Part shown: positions 28,037-40,559 of the stretch, in pieces | How the letters are laid out: every line of letters begins with the position of its first letter | Position numbering within the stretch: the first letter of the stretch is position 1 | From: a virus | Lineage: Duplodnaviria; Caudoviricetes | Length of the DNA stretch: 64,000 nucleotides | Direction: 5' to 3' (one strand) | IMG/VR virus record: IMGVR_UViG_3300011560_000001 | Span: 160,001 to 224,000 of that record | Made by a program: the position numbers and the translations under genes | The notes under the pieces: generated by a model | The model's input: only the letters and a program-made list of their open reading frames with translations | Told to the model about the DNA's origin: nothing | The model's database searches: none

Positions 28037-28921
28037 ATGTTAACATCAGATCATACACGCTATCGTGTTAAATACCTGAAACGTTTTAAAGGTGCACAAC
28101 CTAAAATCGTGGTTCAAAGAACAATTACTTGCCTGGAATACACAGGTCATCCCCTTACGGAAATATATTTCAAAACGCTGGATGTTATCGATCTAACCCG
28201 GGTGTTCAGGGGACATAAACTCACAGTAAATAACATCACGTTGCAAGAAGCAACCGAGGAATTCCGTAAACTATTCAATTATTTTCTGTGTTCATACGGG
28301 ATTAAATTCAACGAAGTAGAAATACGACTACATAACCACCCAAGAAAATCACCGTATCTTGCGGTTAGACCAAAGAAAGGACGGATGGCTTTAATTGGTT
28401 GTGTCCGTATTCCTATCGTTCAATCTGAACCGGTTCGTCCGATTATCACGGTAAATAAGATCGGAGCGCTTGCCGGACATGTAATCAACAACGTCTTGGT
28501 GATTACCGACGATAAAAGTTTGCATTGTGTGTCTGATGTAACGAGCGAGCAATTACGAAACGGTATCGCCCTTCTTTTCTATCGCGGTGATGGAAACGTT
28601 GTCGAATTCTGTCATCAGCAGGATTGCTGCGAAGAGGTGTATCTTGAAGACATTGACGGCGATATTAATGATATCATCGGTGAAAAGATACTCAGTGCTG
28701 AAGAAAGAACCGAGGAAAGAACCGATGACTACGGCTATTATAGCGAACGTACACAATGGACATTCTACCATATCCGTACTGCAAAGGGTTGTGTTGTTAT
28801 CCGTTGGTATGGTAGTTCTAACGGCTATTACTCAGAGAGTGTTGATATCGACGTCGTACCACTTAAAGATAGCCTTCTGAGAAAACCAAAACGGCTCGAG
28901 GAACGCTACGGTCGTTATTGA
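28037..28921 (+). CDS. Two-domain hypothetical protein; C-terminal domain is widespread in phages
   Basis: GAGGAG RBS at 28037; HQQDCCEEVYLEDI.GD..., WTFY...T.KG...IRWYGSSNGYYSE. Confidence 0.7.
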   Translation: MLTSDHTRYRVKYLKRFKGAQPKIVVQRTITCLEYTGHPLTEIYFKTLDVIDLTRVFRGHKLTVNNITLQEATEEFRKLFNYFLCSYGIKFNEVEIRLHNHPRKSPYLAVRPKKGRMALIGCVRIPIVQSEPVRPIITVNKIGALAGHVINNVLVITDDKSLHCVSDVTSEQLRNGIALLFYRGDGNVVEFCHQQDCCEEVYLEDIDGDINDIIGEKILSAEERTEERTDDYGYYSERTQWTFYHIRTAKGCVVIRWYGSSNGYYSESVDIDVVPLKDSLLRKPKRLEERYGRY

Positions 28922-28985
28922 GGATAACCTACGTTGTAAGTAATTAGGGCGTCTCGACAAAAACTCTATTTACTTTTACTACGAG

Positions 28986-29198
28986 GTGAAAACGATGTTA
29001 ACGAAGGAATCTAAGAAGAACATTGAAGCGTGGATTTTTGATGACGCGTCATTGAATCTATCATTGGATCCGAAGGTTCGTGGTTTACAAGCTGATTACG
29101 CGTATAACGTGTTACATGGCTGCTGCTACACGTTAAGCGATCCTAAATATCGTTATAAATTTCAGGAACTACTTGAAACACTTAGAGGATTAAAATGA
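28986..29198 (+). CDS. Hypothetical protein
   Basis: ORF coupled to thyA. Confidence 0.55.
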   Translation: MKTMLTKESKKNIEAWIFDDASLNLSLDPKVRGLQADYAYNVLHGCCYTLSDPKYRYKFQELLETLRGLK

Positions 29199-30214
29199 AA
29201 CAGTATTTGGACCTTTTGCAAGACATCATGGATAACGGTCGCGATAAAGCTGATCGTACAGGCACCGGGACCCGTTCCGTATTCGGACGTCAGATGCGTT
29301 TTGACTTGAAGAAAGGATTTCCGCTGGTAACCACCAAGAAGATTCACCTTAAGAGCGTTATCCACGAACTGCTCTGGTTTCTTAACGGCGACACAAACGT
29401 TGCTTATCTTCAAGATAACGGTGTTCGTATCTGGAATGAATGGGCTGATAAGGAAGGGAATCTAGGACCGATTTACGGCAAACAATGGCGGGAATGGATC
29501 GACTACAAAGTGGTTGTTCCGCACGATACAGAACGTACTCGTGAGTTGATGCAACGCGGCTATGAGTATTGCGGTGTTGTTGACGCCGGTATGGTCAAAC
29601 ATCTCTTGTATGTTAAACACCACGACCAAATCGCAAACGTGATGCGTCAACTCAAAGAAGATCCTGATTCTCGACGAAACATCGTTAGCGCGTGGAACGT
29701 AGGTGATTTAGACGATATGCATCTCGCTCCGTGCCATTCATTCTATCAGTTCTATACCCACGAGCTCACCATCGATGAACGTGTTGATTATGTTCAACGC
29801 AACGACGTGCTAAGAACCCAGTGGGTTACGGATGATGTACGACACAGTGAAACAGAACTCTGGTTGAATGCGCATAACGTACCAACACGTGCCTTATCTT
29901 GCCAGCTTTATCAGCGTTCGTGCGACACGCTCTTGGGTTGGAGCTTTAACGTCGCATCATACTCGTTGTTAACGCATATGCTTGCCCAACAGCTGAATAT
30001 GGACGTTGGTGAGTTCGTGTGGACAGGTGGGGATTGCCACATCTATCACAACCATTTCGAACAGGTTAAAGAACAACTTAGTCGTGAGCCATATCCATTA
30101 CCGAAGCTAACAATCGTACGTAAACCGGAAAGTATTACGGATTACCGTTACGAAGACTTTGTATTCGTCGGATATCAATCACATCCGGCTATCAAGGCTA
30201 AGGTGGCGGTGTAA
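29195..30214 (+). CDS. thyA: Thymidylate synthase
   Basis: [53 protein letters not shown]; two insertions relative to the E. coli enzyme. Confidence 0.97.
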   Translation: MKQYLDLLQDIMDNGRDKADRTGTGTRSVFGRQMRFDLKKGFPLVTTKKIHLKSVIHELLWFLNGDTNVAYLQDNGVRIWNEWADKEGNLGPIYGKQWREWIDYKVVVPHDTERTRELMQRGYEYCGVVDAGMVKHLLYVKHHDQIANVMRQLKEDPDSRRNIVSAWNVGDLDDMHLAPCHSFYQFYTHELTIDERVDYVQRNDVLRTQWVTDDVRHSETELWLNAHNVPTRALSCQLYQRSCDTLLGWSFNVASYSLLTHMLAQQLNMDVGEFVWTGGDCHIYHNHFEQVKEQLSREPYPLPKLTIVRKPESITDYRYEDFVFVGYQSHPAIKAKVAV

Positions 30215-30228
30215 ATTAACAACTGAGG

Positions 30229-30555
30229 GTGGGTACGCCCACCCTAATACGGAGAACTATCGTGGATGAAGTAAGTTCTGAACTGCTAGAAGCAATGGAT
30301 GAACGAGTAACCACTATCGGTTTTTATCTCACTGGTGTTACTGAAGCATTACCCACACCGAAAAATAGTTACGAGATGGAGGCTGATAGCATACTTACAC
30401 AAACCCTTCCTATACAGCTTAAAGCGGAAATTAACGAACGTCTACGCGTCGATATGCTTACGAAAGAACAGCGTGAATCCTTGCTGGAAGCATTAGATAC
30501 CATCGACAAGAGAATGACGCTTCTTAAATTAGGTTTTAAGAAGCAACTGCATTAA
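30229..30555 (+). CDS. Hypothetical helical protein
   Basis: ORF; GGAG RBS suggests an internal GTG start near 30262. Confidence 0.55.
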   Translation: MGTPTLIRRTIVDEVSSELLEAMDERVTTIGFYLTGVTEALPTPKNSYEMEADSILTQTLPIQLKAEINERLRVDMLTKEQRESLLEALDTIDKRMTLLKLGFKKQLH

Positions 30556-30585
30556 GAATATCGAGATTTATTTTAGGAGTTTAGA

Positions 30586-30732
30586 ATGGCTTGGTCGTAC
30601 CCCTATCGTATTCTGATAGGTGTTAAAAATAAGAAAGGTCCCCGTAAAGGTAAATGGAGATACACCTGGATATGCGGACAGATAGAACTAAAACCGAGAA
30701 TCTTCTCTGCCTGGAGTAAAAGTGATGATTAA
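30586..30732 (+). CDS. 48-aa basic peptide, KKGPRKGK family (not in ORF track)
   Basis: AGGAG RBS; MAWSYPYRILIGVKNKKGPRKGKWRYTW... Confidence 0.65.
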   Translation: MAWSYPYRILIGVKNKKGPRKGKWRYTWICGQIELKPRIFSAWSKSDD

Positions 30733-30928
30733 TTCTCTACAGCGCCATATACTAAATCATGTTATCAACGACATGATTGGTGTTCGTTTAGTCAAAGGAA
30801 AACACAAGAAAGGTTGCAATAAAGGAAAACGGTTCGTGGCGCATGTGGTACCAACCACTGAACGAAGGATCGCAAGTGCTGCGGTGGATTCTATCGCGAA
30901 AGCGATGCCATGGCTTATGTTGGACTGA
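30722..30928 (+). CDS. Small basic protein, KKGCNKGK variant of the same family
   Basis: GGAG RBS; overlaps the previous ORF. Confidence 0.6.
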   Translation: MMINSLQRHILNHVINDMIGVRLVKGKHKKGCNKGKRFVAHVVPTTERRIASAAVDSIAKAMPWLMLD

Positions 30929-30953
30929 CTTTTAGAGGAAAGAGGAGTTACGC

Positions 30954-31151
30954 ATGCAATGTCTCGAAGAAACAGAAGCGGGTACTCTGGATTATATCGA
31001 TCCGATGTATTTATACCGATCTATCGTCACTCGATATTTGGGTCGTGTTTATAACAAACGTATTAAACGAGGCCCAGGTAAAGGCAGACAGAAGAAAGTA
31101 GGTATTTATAAATGCCATAAAGCACCTAATCCGATGTATCGTTGGAGGTAG
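30954..31151 (+). CDS. Small basic protein, KRGPGKGR variant of the same family
   Basis: GAGGAG RBS. Confidence 0.6.
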   Translation: MQCLEETEAGTLDYIDPMYLYRSIVTRYLGRVYNKRIKRGPGKGRQKKVGIYKCHKAPNPMYRWR

Positions 31152-31489
31152 CGTTGAAAAGGATCTACCCGATGCTAAGCATCGCCTATTTTCGTCGATG
31201 TTGGTATATTCATCAGTACCGCAAAAACAGGAATCAGATTATCGAAATAAAGTTTCACATTAACTATTTACTCAAACTAGAGAAGGTGAAAGAGCAGCCG
31301 CTGGTTGTCGTTCGGTTGAGGTCTTTATTAGAGCGTTTACGTATAGCATCACAGGTGAATGAGCAGCTTCATCAGGCAAATAAAGCGCGGGTTGTACGGG
31401 ATGTACGGAAATGTTATCGTTCCGGATTTAACCGTCGATTGAAAAGCATACGTAACAGTTTAAAGCATATAACGGAGAATATGGCATGA
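31142..31489 (+). CDS. Basic hypothetical protein
   Basis: ORF within operon. Confidence 0.5.
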   Translation: MEVALKRIYPMLSIAYFRRCWYIHQYRKNRNQIIEIKFHINYLLKLEKVKEQPLVVVRLRSLLERLRIASQVNEQLHQANKARVVRDVRKCYRSGFNRRLKSIRNSLKHITENMA

Positions 31490-32130
31490 AAGATATCGCG
31501 GAAACAAAAGAAGAGAAATACACCCAACTGAAGAAGAAACTGGAGAAACAAGGTTTTCTAACGAAACGTTTAATCCGTGTTATGCGTTATAAATACAAAT
31601 GCTATTTCGGTACGGAGCTATCGAACGGTGATGCGTTTGTTAACGAGTGTCGTCGGACGATTTCTCGCATTAATGACTTACAAGCGCGTAATGATTGGTG
31701 GTACAAAGAATCGGAAAACTTCACTGATACCGACCGCAGTACCGTATCCCACTTAGAAAGCCAGTTGAAAGAGTTAATGGAAGACAGAGCCAACTTACAA
31801 CGTCGAATCCATCAACGATTTGATGAATGGGAGAAGGGGGCTTTCATTAACGGTGATGAGATACGTATCGATAACATCATTAGACGTCTTATCGCTAAAG
31901 ATGACGAGGAAGATTTACCGTTACCGGACGATCACGATACCGCGAAACAGGTTCTCGAGCAAGCGGTACGTTGTATGGGTGCTTTGCTCTCCCTGGGTCA
32001 TATCGAACGCAAAAAGATCGTTCAATGTAAATTCGAAAAGCTTCTTGTTCAGTTCCACCGCAAGTTCTTTTATAGCACCGAAAAAGAAGTTGCTGTACAA
32101 CTAATAGAAGGTATCAATGAAGTTAAATAG
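31486..32130 (+). CDS. Hypothetical coiled-coil protein
   Basis: GGAG RBS; charged helical sequence. Confidence 0.6.
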   Translation: MKDIAETKEEKYTQLKKKLEKQGFLTKRLIRVMRYKYKCYFGTELSNGDAFVNECRRTISRINDLQARNDWWYKESENFTDTDRSTVSHLESQLKELMEDRANLQRRIHQRFDEWEKGAFINGDEIRIDNIIRRLIAKDDEEDLPLPDDHDTAKQVLEQAVRCMGALLSLGHIERKKIVQCKFEKLLVQFHRKFFYSTEKEVAVQLIEGINEVK

Positions 32131-32485
32131 AACTGTTCGGAGTATACAGTCATTTTGGTATCGATATTGGTTTAATCGTAATTTACGTGACTTCGTTCGG
32201 CTTATCCGTTATGTGAAGCTCATGATAAATTGTCGTGAGTTAAATAGAGAGTTGGGGATAGGCAGCGCGAGGAAATACACGTACGATACAGACCCGTTTA
32301 TCGAGTGCTGCAATTCGTATATAAGAGATATCGTGGTTCTGATGAAATCGAGCCATGAGTTGTTTATGGATTGCGATTCTTGCTACAAGTCCTTTCTCGG
32401 ACGCTGTGTTCGTGCGAATCAAATAAGAAATGCGATCTCTATGTTGCATTGGCGATTTTACTATTTTCCAGACCCCGATAAATAA
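32117..32485 (+). CDS. Hypothetical protein
   Basis: Coupled ORF. Confidence 0.55.
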   Translation: MKLNRTVRSIQSFWYRYWFNRNLRDFVRLIRYVKLMINCRELNRELGIGSARKYTYDTDPFIECCNSYIRDIVVLMKSSHELFMDCDSCYKSFLGRCVRANQIRNAISMLHWRFYYFPDPDK

Positions 32486-32490
32486 ATAAC

Positions 32491-32823
32491 GTGTATATGA
32501 ATCAGACAGCTATAATTGATATTTATAACTATCGTAAATACACATCCATGCTCGATGCTGCGACTTCGCTGTTAGAGCACAAGTTACGCGAATGCAACGT
32601 ACAGACCGCTACAGAAGAAGTTCTGGAAATCGCGCAGTTGTTACTTGATCGTTTAAAAGAACTTCGAATTTACGTGGCGAGCATGTATGGGAATGGTCCC
32701 GATGCTGTAAGTATTGCTTATAACAAACCAAGATTGATGGTGGAGAAGATTATCGAGCAAACCGGTAACATCGACAATGAAATCAACGCATTTATAAGCG
32801 GCGTCAATACGTTAAAACTTTAA
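32491..32823 (+). CDS. Hypothetical protein
   Basis: ORF within operon. Confidence 0.55.
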   Translation: MYMNQTAIIDIYNYRKYTSMLDAATSLLEHKLRECNVQTATEEVLEIAQLLLDRLKELRIYVASMYGNGPDAVSIAYNKPRLMVEKIIEQTGNIDNEINAFISGVNTLKL

Positions 32824-32828
32824 GAGAG

Positions 32829-33137
32829 ATGATGAAAATGAACGAAAACAATTGTGAACTGGTTCCAGATGAAAGGTTGGTTGAGATTCGTAACTACTTC
32901 TTGGCTGATGAAGAGAACAAACCATTCTTCGTCTTTTCGGATAATAAACATCAAGCAACCTGTGAACTCGCTGCAGCCGAGGGTATGCGTGATGCGTTAG
33001 TATATCGACTGGAAGCGAAACGATCTGTTGTATCAGACACGACAGAGATCGATAATGCGATCATGACAGTTGATCGTCGGTACGACGAGTTACTTACCGA
33101 ATACGAGAACGGATCGCAAACGGTAATTCTTCACTAA
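32829..33137 (+). CDS. Hypothetical protein
   Basis: ORF within operon. Confidence 0.55.
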   Translation: MMKMNENNCELVPDERLVEIRNYFLADEENKPFFVFSDNKHQATCELAAAEGMRDALVYRLEAKRSVVSDTTEIDNAIMTVDRRYDELLTEYENGSQTVILH

Positions 33138-33155
33138 TCCGCCCCATCCATTTGC

Positions 33156-33449
33156 ATGGAGACGCAGATGTTCAACAGTTCGATGGTGTATTACGGTAGT
33201 ATCGTTCAGGTATTGGTACCTTTCATCGATGAACGTACCTGTTTAGCGACAGACGCACGGTATATTCAACGTTGGGTAAAACTTGGGCGATTAACACGAA
33301 AACATTTACAGCATGCGATGACTTCAACCCATGCTGCGATTCATCTTATTGACCCTAACTTTCGCGACGGTAAAAGGCACATTCACCTTTATCGTGAAAG
33401 TTATGTCCGCTGGTTAGAAAATGCATTAAAGGATAAAGAACATGAGTAA
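33156..33449 (+). CDS. Hypothetical protein
   Basis: ORF; GGAG precedes MFNSS. Confidence 0.5.
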   Translation: METQMFNSSMVYYGSIVQVLVPFIDERTCLATDARYIQRWVKLGRLTRKHLQHAMTSTHAAIHLIDPNFRDGKRHIHLYRESYVRWLENALKDKEHE

Positions 33450-33927
33450 CACAGTTAAGCTTAATGAAAACAATTTTTCAAAACTGGACGATTTTATCGA
33501 AGAATATATCGAGAAAAAGCAATGGGCTATTATCAGTGTCGCTCCTGATGAGGGAAGCGACGAGCCTGGCTTTATGTATACTGTTGGTCTAACCGAACAT
33601 GGAATGCCAGAAATTTTCGTATCCGGTTACTGCCCTGCCCTCGGTTCAGCAATCAACAAGCTGGGTAACTTCATGGTGAAGGCAAAGACCATCCCGTTAG
33701 GCGCGTTCGATGGCAATCTGACTTTGAAAGGTACGGGCGAAACGTTACGTCTTGACGTACGCGAAATTGAAGATATTGAATCCTTCAATGAGGTGTATGC
33801 GATATCGGCTTTCGCTCGATACGGTAAAAAAGTTGCAGGTATCCAGCTTGTTTGGCCTGACACCAGCAATACGTTACCCCATGAAGGTGGTTACGAATCA
33901 TGCTGCTGTCCGCAGATCCTGCTTTAA
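33442..33927 (+). CDS. DUF4262-like protein
   Basis: W..I.V......PGFMYTVGLTEHGMPE, QLVWPD...LP. Confidence 0.75.
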   Translation: MSNTVKLNENNFSKLDDFIEEYIEKKQWAIISVAPDEGSDEPGFMYTVGLTEHGMPEIFVSGYCPALGSAINKLGNFMVKAKTIPLGAFDGNLTLKGTGETLRLDVREIEDIESFNEVYAISAFARYGKKVAGIQLVWPDTSNTLPHEGGYESCCCPQILL

Positions 33928-34154
33928 TCTTAATACCAATAATTAAATTGTTTATAGGAGTTTTTGTGAAATCGACCATCAACCGCACCGATTTTCATCC
34001 CGATCGTATTGCGGAGACCTTTGCTCGTATGGATAATAACACGTTCGCCATGTTGTTCAACAGCGGATTTGATTCTCCCAACGAGACCCATCGTTCTACC
34101 GGCGTGACGATCGATGCGGAATGTGTCCATGTTAAGGAAACAAACGCGGAATAA
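33900..34154 (+). CDS. Hypothetical protein
   Basis: AGGAG RBS before GTG near 33966. Confidence 0.45.
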   Translation: MLLSADPALILIPIIKLFIGVFVKSTINRTDFHPDRIAETFARMDNNTFAMLFNSGFDSPNETHRSTGVTIDAECVHVKETNAE

Positions 34155-34160
34155 GACGCA

Positions 34161-34535
34161 ATGTACGTTATCATCGATGATGTTGAAGGACGACAACTAA
34201 CGCCGGTTCAATCGTTACGATTACGTAATGCTGCATTGATGTACGCTGTGTTATGGTGGAACTGTAGAACACGTTTACCTGTTGATGCAAGATCGATGCA
34301 GCGCTATTCGGAAGCGTTAACGTCGTGTGAACATGATGAGATTTTTCAACGACTCTTTGAACGGCTATCAGGTTATCAAGCAATCATTCGGAAGGGTTTG
34401 TTTATCTCGATTGAATGGTTCGGTACTGAGTTGCGGTTAATCGTTGACCGTAAGGGCATGGCATTACGCCCTAACGCATTTGGGTCGACACAAGCGATTG
34501 CTTGGTGGGACGAGGAAGGTAATCGTCTCTGGTAA
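34161..34535 (+). CDS. Hypothetical protein
   Basis: 124 aa ORF. Confidence 0.55.
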   Translation: MYVIIDDVEGRQLTPVQSLRLRNAALMYAVLWWNCRTRLPVDARSMQRYSEALTSCEHDEIFQRLFERLSGYQAIIRKGLFISIEWFGTELRLIVDRKGMALRPNAFGSTQAIAWWDEEGNRLW

Positions 34536-34611
34536 TAAGCACCCCGTCTTAATGGCGGGGATACGCTTAGGTAAAGGTATGAGATCAGACAATAACATAA
34601 CGGGGTGAGAT

Positions 34612-34728
34612 ATGGTAAATAATGACGAGCTTACGGAAATAAAATCTTGGGTTGCTAAAGCGCTGCTTGCGTATAGCGCCGTCGGCGTACTGTTTGCTGT
34701 AATTGGCATGGTAGGTATGCTACGATGA
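34612..34728 (+). CDS. 38-aa single-TM peptide (not in ORF track)
   Basis: MVNNDELTEIKSWVAKALLAYSAVGVLFAVIGMVGMLR; ATGA overlap with next gene. Confidence 0.45.
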   Translation: MVNNDELTEIKSWVAKALLAYSAVGVLFAVIGMVGMLR

Positions 34729-34991
34729 ACATCGAGGATGACTTTTTACGGAACGCACTTGACTTTTATTCTAAACCATTAACACCTGGCGGCTTGGAAT
34801 TGGGTGTGGTCAATCCCGATAAATTGCATCCGATTGCTAAATGGTTGAATCAACATCGAGAAGGGTTGTATTCCGTTGACCAACCGGAACTGGTGGCACG
34901 CTGGCATATTAAGAAAAGCGGTCTTGATATGTCGTTACAAGCGCGTGCGAACAAAGACCATATTGCCCTATCGATCATGGGTACTTTTTAA
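34725..34991 (+). CDS. Hypothetical protein
   Basis: Coupled ORF. Confidence 0.5.
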   Translation: MNIEDDFLRNALDFYSKPLTPGGLELGVVNPDKLHPIAKWLNQHREGLYSVDQPELVARWHIKKSGLDMSLQARANKDHIALSIMGTF

Positions 34992-35005
34992 CGAGGATAA
35001 TTTAC

Positions 35006-35983
35006 ATGGCTTCTGTTGGCCCAATCGATAAGACACGCGATGCGGTAAAGGCGTTGCTCGAAAGAATTTATTTTGAGCTTGCGAATGCCGAACATCCAAG
35101 CGTGAGTCTTTTCGATGATAAACTCACAGCGATTAATAACGTTCATCCAATGCTGTATCAGGATCTCCTTACGTCGTGGAAACCGATGGGTGTTTTCGCT
35201 AACGCTTTTTCAGATACCGTTGTAGCCAGCGGCTTTGAAAAACCGAAGCTACCTTTTGTTTATGAGCCGTCGGTCGATCCAAGACGCGAGCGCCTGGGTG
35301 TTTTAACGCATGCGTTGATTGACAGTATTGGTTATTATCTTTCCTCTGAATGGACAGCCAAATACACCGAGCTGTTAGACGAATACGAGCTGTGGCGTAA
35401 TCAGATCTTAACGGATGCGGAGAAGAAAGCGTACGCGATCGCGTTGGCAGAGAAAACACGTGGTGATATTGGTCGCTTAATCCATGATTTCTACGCGGTT
35501 TTGAAACCAACCTATTACGAAACAAAACGTCAGCTGACCTGGGAAGAAGCACAGGCGTTGATGCAGAGCGCAGAAACAGCGGATGATATTTCGGGTATAA
35601 TCCACGATTACTGTATGTCAAGAATCCTGCTGGATAAAGGCAATCAGAAATACGTTCGTGAGGTTCCGCTTCCCAATAACGCGCTGGGTATCGCAAACGA
35701 GATTTTCGAGTTCCTGAACGAGTGGAATCCACCGTTACTTGCGATTACGTATATCTGCGATGATATTCTTACTGAGGATCTGTTCCTTCCATTGTTAGGT
35801 GAAGCGTCGCTGCGGCGTTATTCCCAAACGTTCAAGAACAGCGCGACGATGGCATCTACCGTACCGGTTAGTTTACCACGTCGTCGTAAAATGCTTACGG
35901 TATCCGCAGGCAAGATTAACCTCTTAGTGTTGTATTATGCTGTAAGAAACGGCTTACCGACATTAATTTTCAGGAAAAAGTAA
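35006..35983 (+). CDS. Hypothetical protein
   Basis: 325 aa; GAGGA RBS. Confidence 0.7.
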   Translation: MASVGPIDKTRDAVKALLERIYFELANAEHPSVSLFDDKLTAINNVHPMLYQDLLTSWKPMGVFANAFSDTVVASGFEKPKLPFVYEPSVDPRRERLGVLTHALIDSIGYYLSSEWTAKYTELLDEYELWRNQILTDAEKKAYAIALAEKTRGDIGRLIHDFYAVLKPTYYETKRQLTWEEAQALMQSAETADDISGIIHDYCMSRILLDKGNQKYVREVPLPNNALGIANEIFEFLNEWNPPLLAITYICDDILTEDLFLPLLGEASLRRYSQTFKNSATMASTVPVSLPRRRKMLTVSAGKINLLVLYYAVRNGLPTLIFRKK

Positions 35984-36400
35984 ATGGCTGAAGAGACTGT
36001 ACAAAACCCCCTTTCATTGATTCAGCAAATAAACATACAGATTTCTCCAAAATGCTGTTCTCTCGAACTTGCATTATCCCACGTCGAAAACTGGGTAACG
36101 TTTCGCCGCACGGTGCATCCGCGTTTCCCGGTAAATATCAGTCCTGTTGTTGTGGTCGCATTAGAAAGCGAGGACCTTACTCAAGACATGTGGCAGCGCA
36201 TCCGTGGACGCATACCGCAATACGTAAATGTGATGGGTGTTCTGTTAGTAAGTGACACCGAAGCGTTCGAAAGCCATCCGTTGTGTTACGCCGATGTGGT
36301 GGTTACGGATAACCCAGCGATGCTTGAACGCATGCAGGCCGTACTGACCAATCCGGTTCGAACGGAAATAGTCATCAACATTAAACAGGATGCTTCTTAA
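35984..36400 (+). CDS. Hypothetical protein
   Basis: Abuts upstream stop; AGGA RBS. Confidence 0.6.
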   Translation: MAEETVQNPLSLIQQINIQISPKCCSLELALSHVENWVTFRRTVHPRFPVNISPVVVVALESEDLTQDMWQRIRGRIPQYVNVMGVLLVSDTEAFESHPLCYADVVVTDNPAMLERMQAVLTNPVRTEIVINIKQDAS

Positions 36401-36710
36401 CAGTTTGGGTGATAACATGCGTTATTGGAAACTTTCTGCTTATCAAATTGCATTATTAGGCATTGATACCAAAGAAAAAGAATTGTTGCGCGGTGAACTC
36501 GACACCGCTTATCTTTCAGAAAACAACATGGTTGTATGTAAATTTGTTGGATTAACGACTCGACGTAATACGGTATATGAAACCTATGCGTTGAAGGGTA
36601 AAGGCATGCAGGAAGTTGCTGCTGTGATTCGTACCGGTATCGTGGTACCGCCAGGTGTAAGTGATAATCTTGATGAGGTATTACATGGAACTCGTAAAAC
36701 AATCCGTTAA
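36390..36710 (+). CDS. Hypothetical protein
   Basis: Coupled ORF. Confidence 0.5.
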   Translation: MLLNSLGDNMRYWKLSAYQIALLGIDTKEKELLRGELDTAYLSENNMVVCKFVGLTTRRNTVYETYALKGKGMQEVAAVIRTGIVVPPGVSDNLDEVLHGTRKTIR

Positions 36711-37293
36711 TGCGTGGACGCTCATGCCGGATGAGGCGATTCGCTATGGCTTCCTGAAGAAGCATGCGCCGAAGCTCATCGATGGTACCATCGGACCGGA
36801 ACAGGATTTGTTGTATGCTGTGCTGTTTGATGACTATCGTGCGATGGCGGTTTATGGTGAGTCAGGAAAAGCACACGTCGTAAACATCGAACGTTACGTG
36901 TTTAATGAGCCGGGTGTTAAGGAACAGCTTGATGCCATCATGATGAACACGAAACCCGTACCTGAACAGATCAAGCTTCAGTTCCTCGAGATGCTGAATC
37001 CGGATGAACGGACGGTGCGACTTATTCGTAACGATCCTGCCACCCAGGAACTCACGGAAGTATTACTGGATCTGAAGCTGCATGTCGCCCTCGAACGTGC
37101 GGAAGGGGGTAAGGTTAATACCTGTATCCGTCAATTCTGTAAATCCCGTGAAGCGAAGGTTAAACACCATCAAACACGGAATATCCTGAAAGCGATTCGT
37201 TCCGTTGCGCTACCTGAAATTAAAATGAAGGAAGTGCTGTCGTTATACGAAACCTATATGAACGACGAAGTCGAATGCGTTGTGAAGTCTTGA
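36661..37293 (+). CDS. Hypothetical protein
   Basis: GAGG RBS before MELVKQ (about 36685). Confidence 0.6.
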   Translation: MIILMRYYMELVKQSVNAWTLMPDEAIRYGFLKKHAPKLIDGTIGPEQDLLYAVLFDDYRAMAVYGESGKAHVVNIERYVFNEPGVKEQLDAIMMNTKPVPEQIKLQFLEMLNPDERTVRLIRNDPATQELTEVLLDLKLHVALERAEGGKVNTCIRQFCKSREAKVKHHQTRNILKAIRSVALPEIKMKEVLSLYETYMNDEVECVVKS

Positions 37294-37310
37294 AGAAATA
37301 AAAAGCGTAT

Positions 37311-37354
37311 TGCCTGTGTCCCTCCCATCGTGGGTGGGCACGGGCGTTATGCCG
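37311..37354 (+). terminator. Hairpin + TTATGCCG element
   Basis: GCCTGTGTCC...GGGCACGGGC stem then GTTATGCCG. Confidence 0.65.
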
Positions 37355-37401
37355 ATGTACATTTTGACAATTTTTTGGTTTCGTATGGAGGAAACGACAA
37401 C

Positions 37402-40065
<2,664 letters not shown>

Positions 40066-40077
40066 TGGGGTGGTACT

Positions 40078-40557
40078 ATGGTCAAGGACTGGACACCCGA
40101 AGAAGATGCGATGTTGATTACCCTGTACCGAAACGGTATACCGATGCAAGAGATTGCGGAACGGCTTGGTCGAACAGAAGGTTCGGTTCAAGGTCGAATT
40201 AACCGTAATCGCAAGCGCTGGAAACTCGTGTCGCGTCATCGCTATTGTTGCTTCGAAGAACGCGTGATGTTAGCCGATTATCTCAAGACGCACAGCGTGA
40301 AAGAAGCCGCGGTAATGTTCAATCGTAGCGTGGACGCAATCGCTAAACTCTGCTACCGTTACGGTATTGTTGCTTGCAAAGCGCAACGTCGAGAGATGAT
40401 TTATCACCGAATACACGCGCTTAGAAAAGAGAACAGAACCTGGGAGAGAATACAGAATATCATCAATAACGAATTTAACACCCATTACACGTTAAGTGGT
40501 GTTCATACACTCTACTACACTCAAGCATTAAAAACGCGTAGAACAGGAGAAATCTAG
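40078..40557 (+). CDS. Myb/SANT-like tandem HTH protein 2 (3 modules)
   Basis: WTPEEDAMLITLY...IAERLGRTEGSV; second repeat NRSVDAI; third W..I...IN.EF...YT. Confidence 0.8.
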   Translation: MVKDWTPEEDAMLITLYRNGIPMQEIAERLGRTEGSVQGRINRNRKRWKLVSRHRYCCFEERVMLADYLKTHSVKEAAVMFNRSVDAIAKLCYRYGIVACKAQRREMIYHRIHALRKENRTWERIQNIINNEFNTHYTLSGVHTLYYTQALKTRRTGEI

Positions 40558-40559
40558 TT

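Noticed and set aside
29195-30214. Base-modifying thymidylate synthase homologue (dCMP/dUMP hydroxymethylase)
   Set aside because: It has a canonical ThyA sequence with the dUMP-specifying Asn (FN), and no hypermodification genes are nearby.
30229-33449. Helical ORFs after thyA as one paralogue family
   Set aside because: Only faint resemblance (for example A..T.D.R...L in 30229 and 32829); not supportable without profile alignment.
35199-35732. Long antisense or alternate-frame ORFs (also 2156-2539, 13122-13541, 25868-26338, 46477-46893, 54727-55140, 63373-63780)
   Set aside because: They are shadows of well-supported genes, with no RBS or recognisable motifs.
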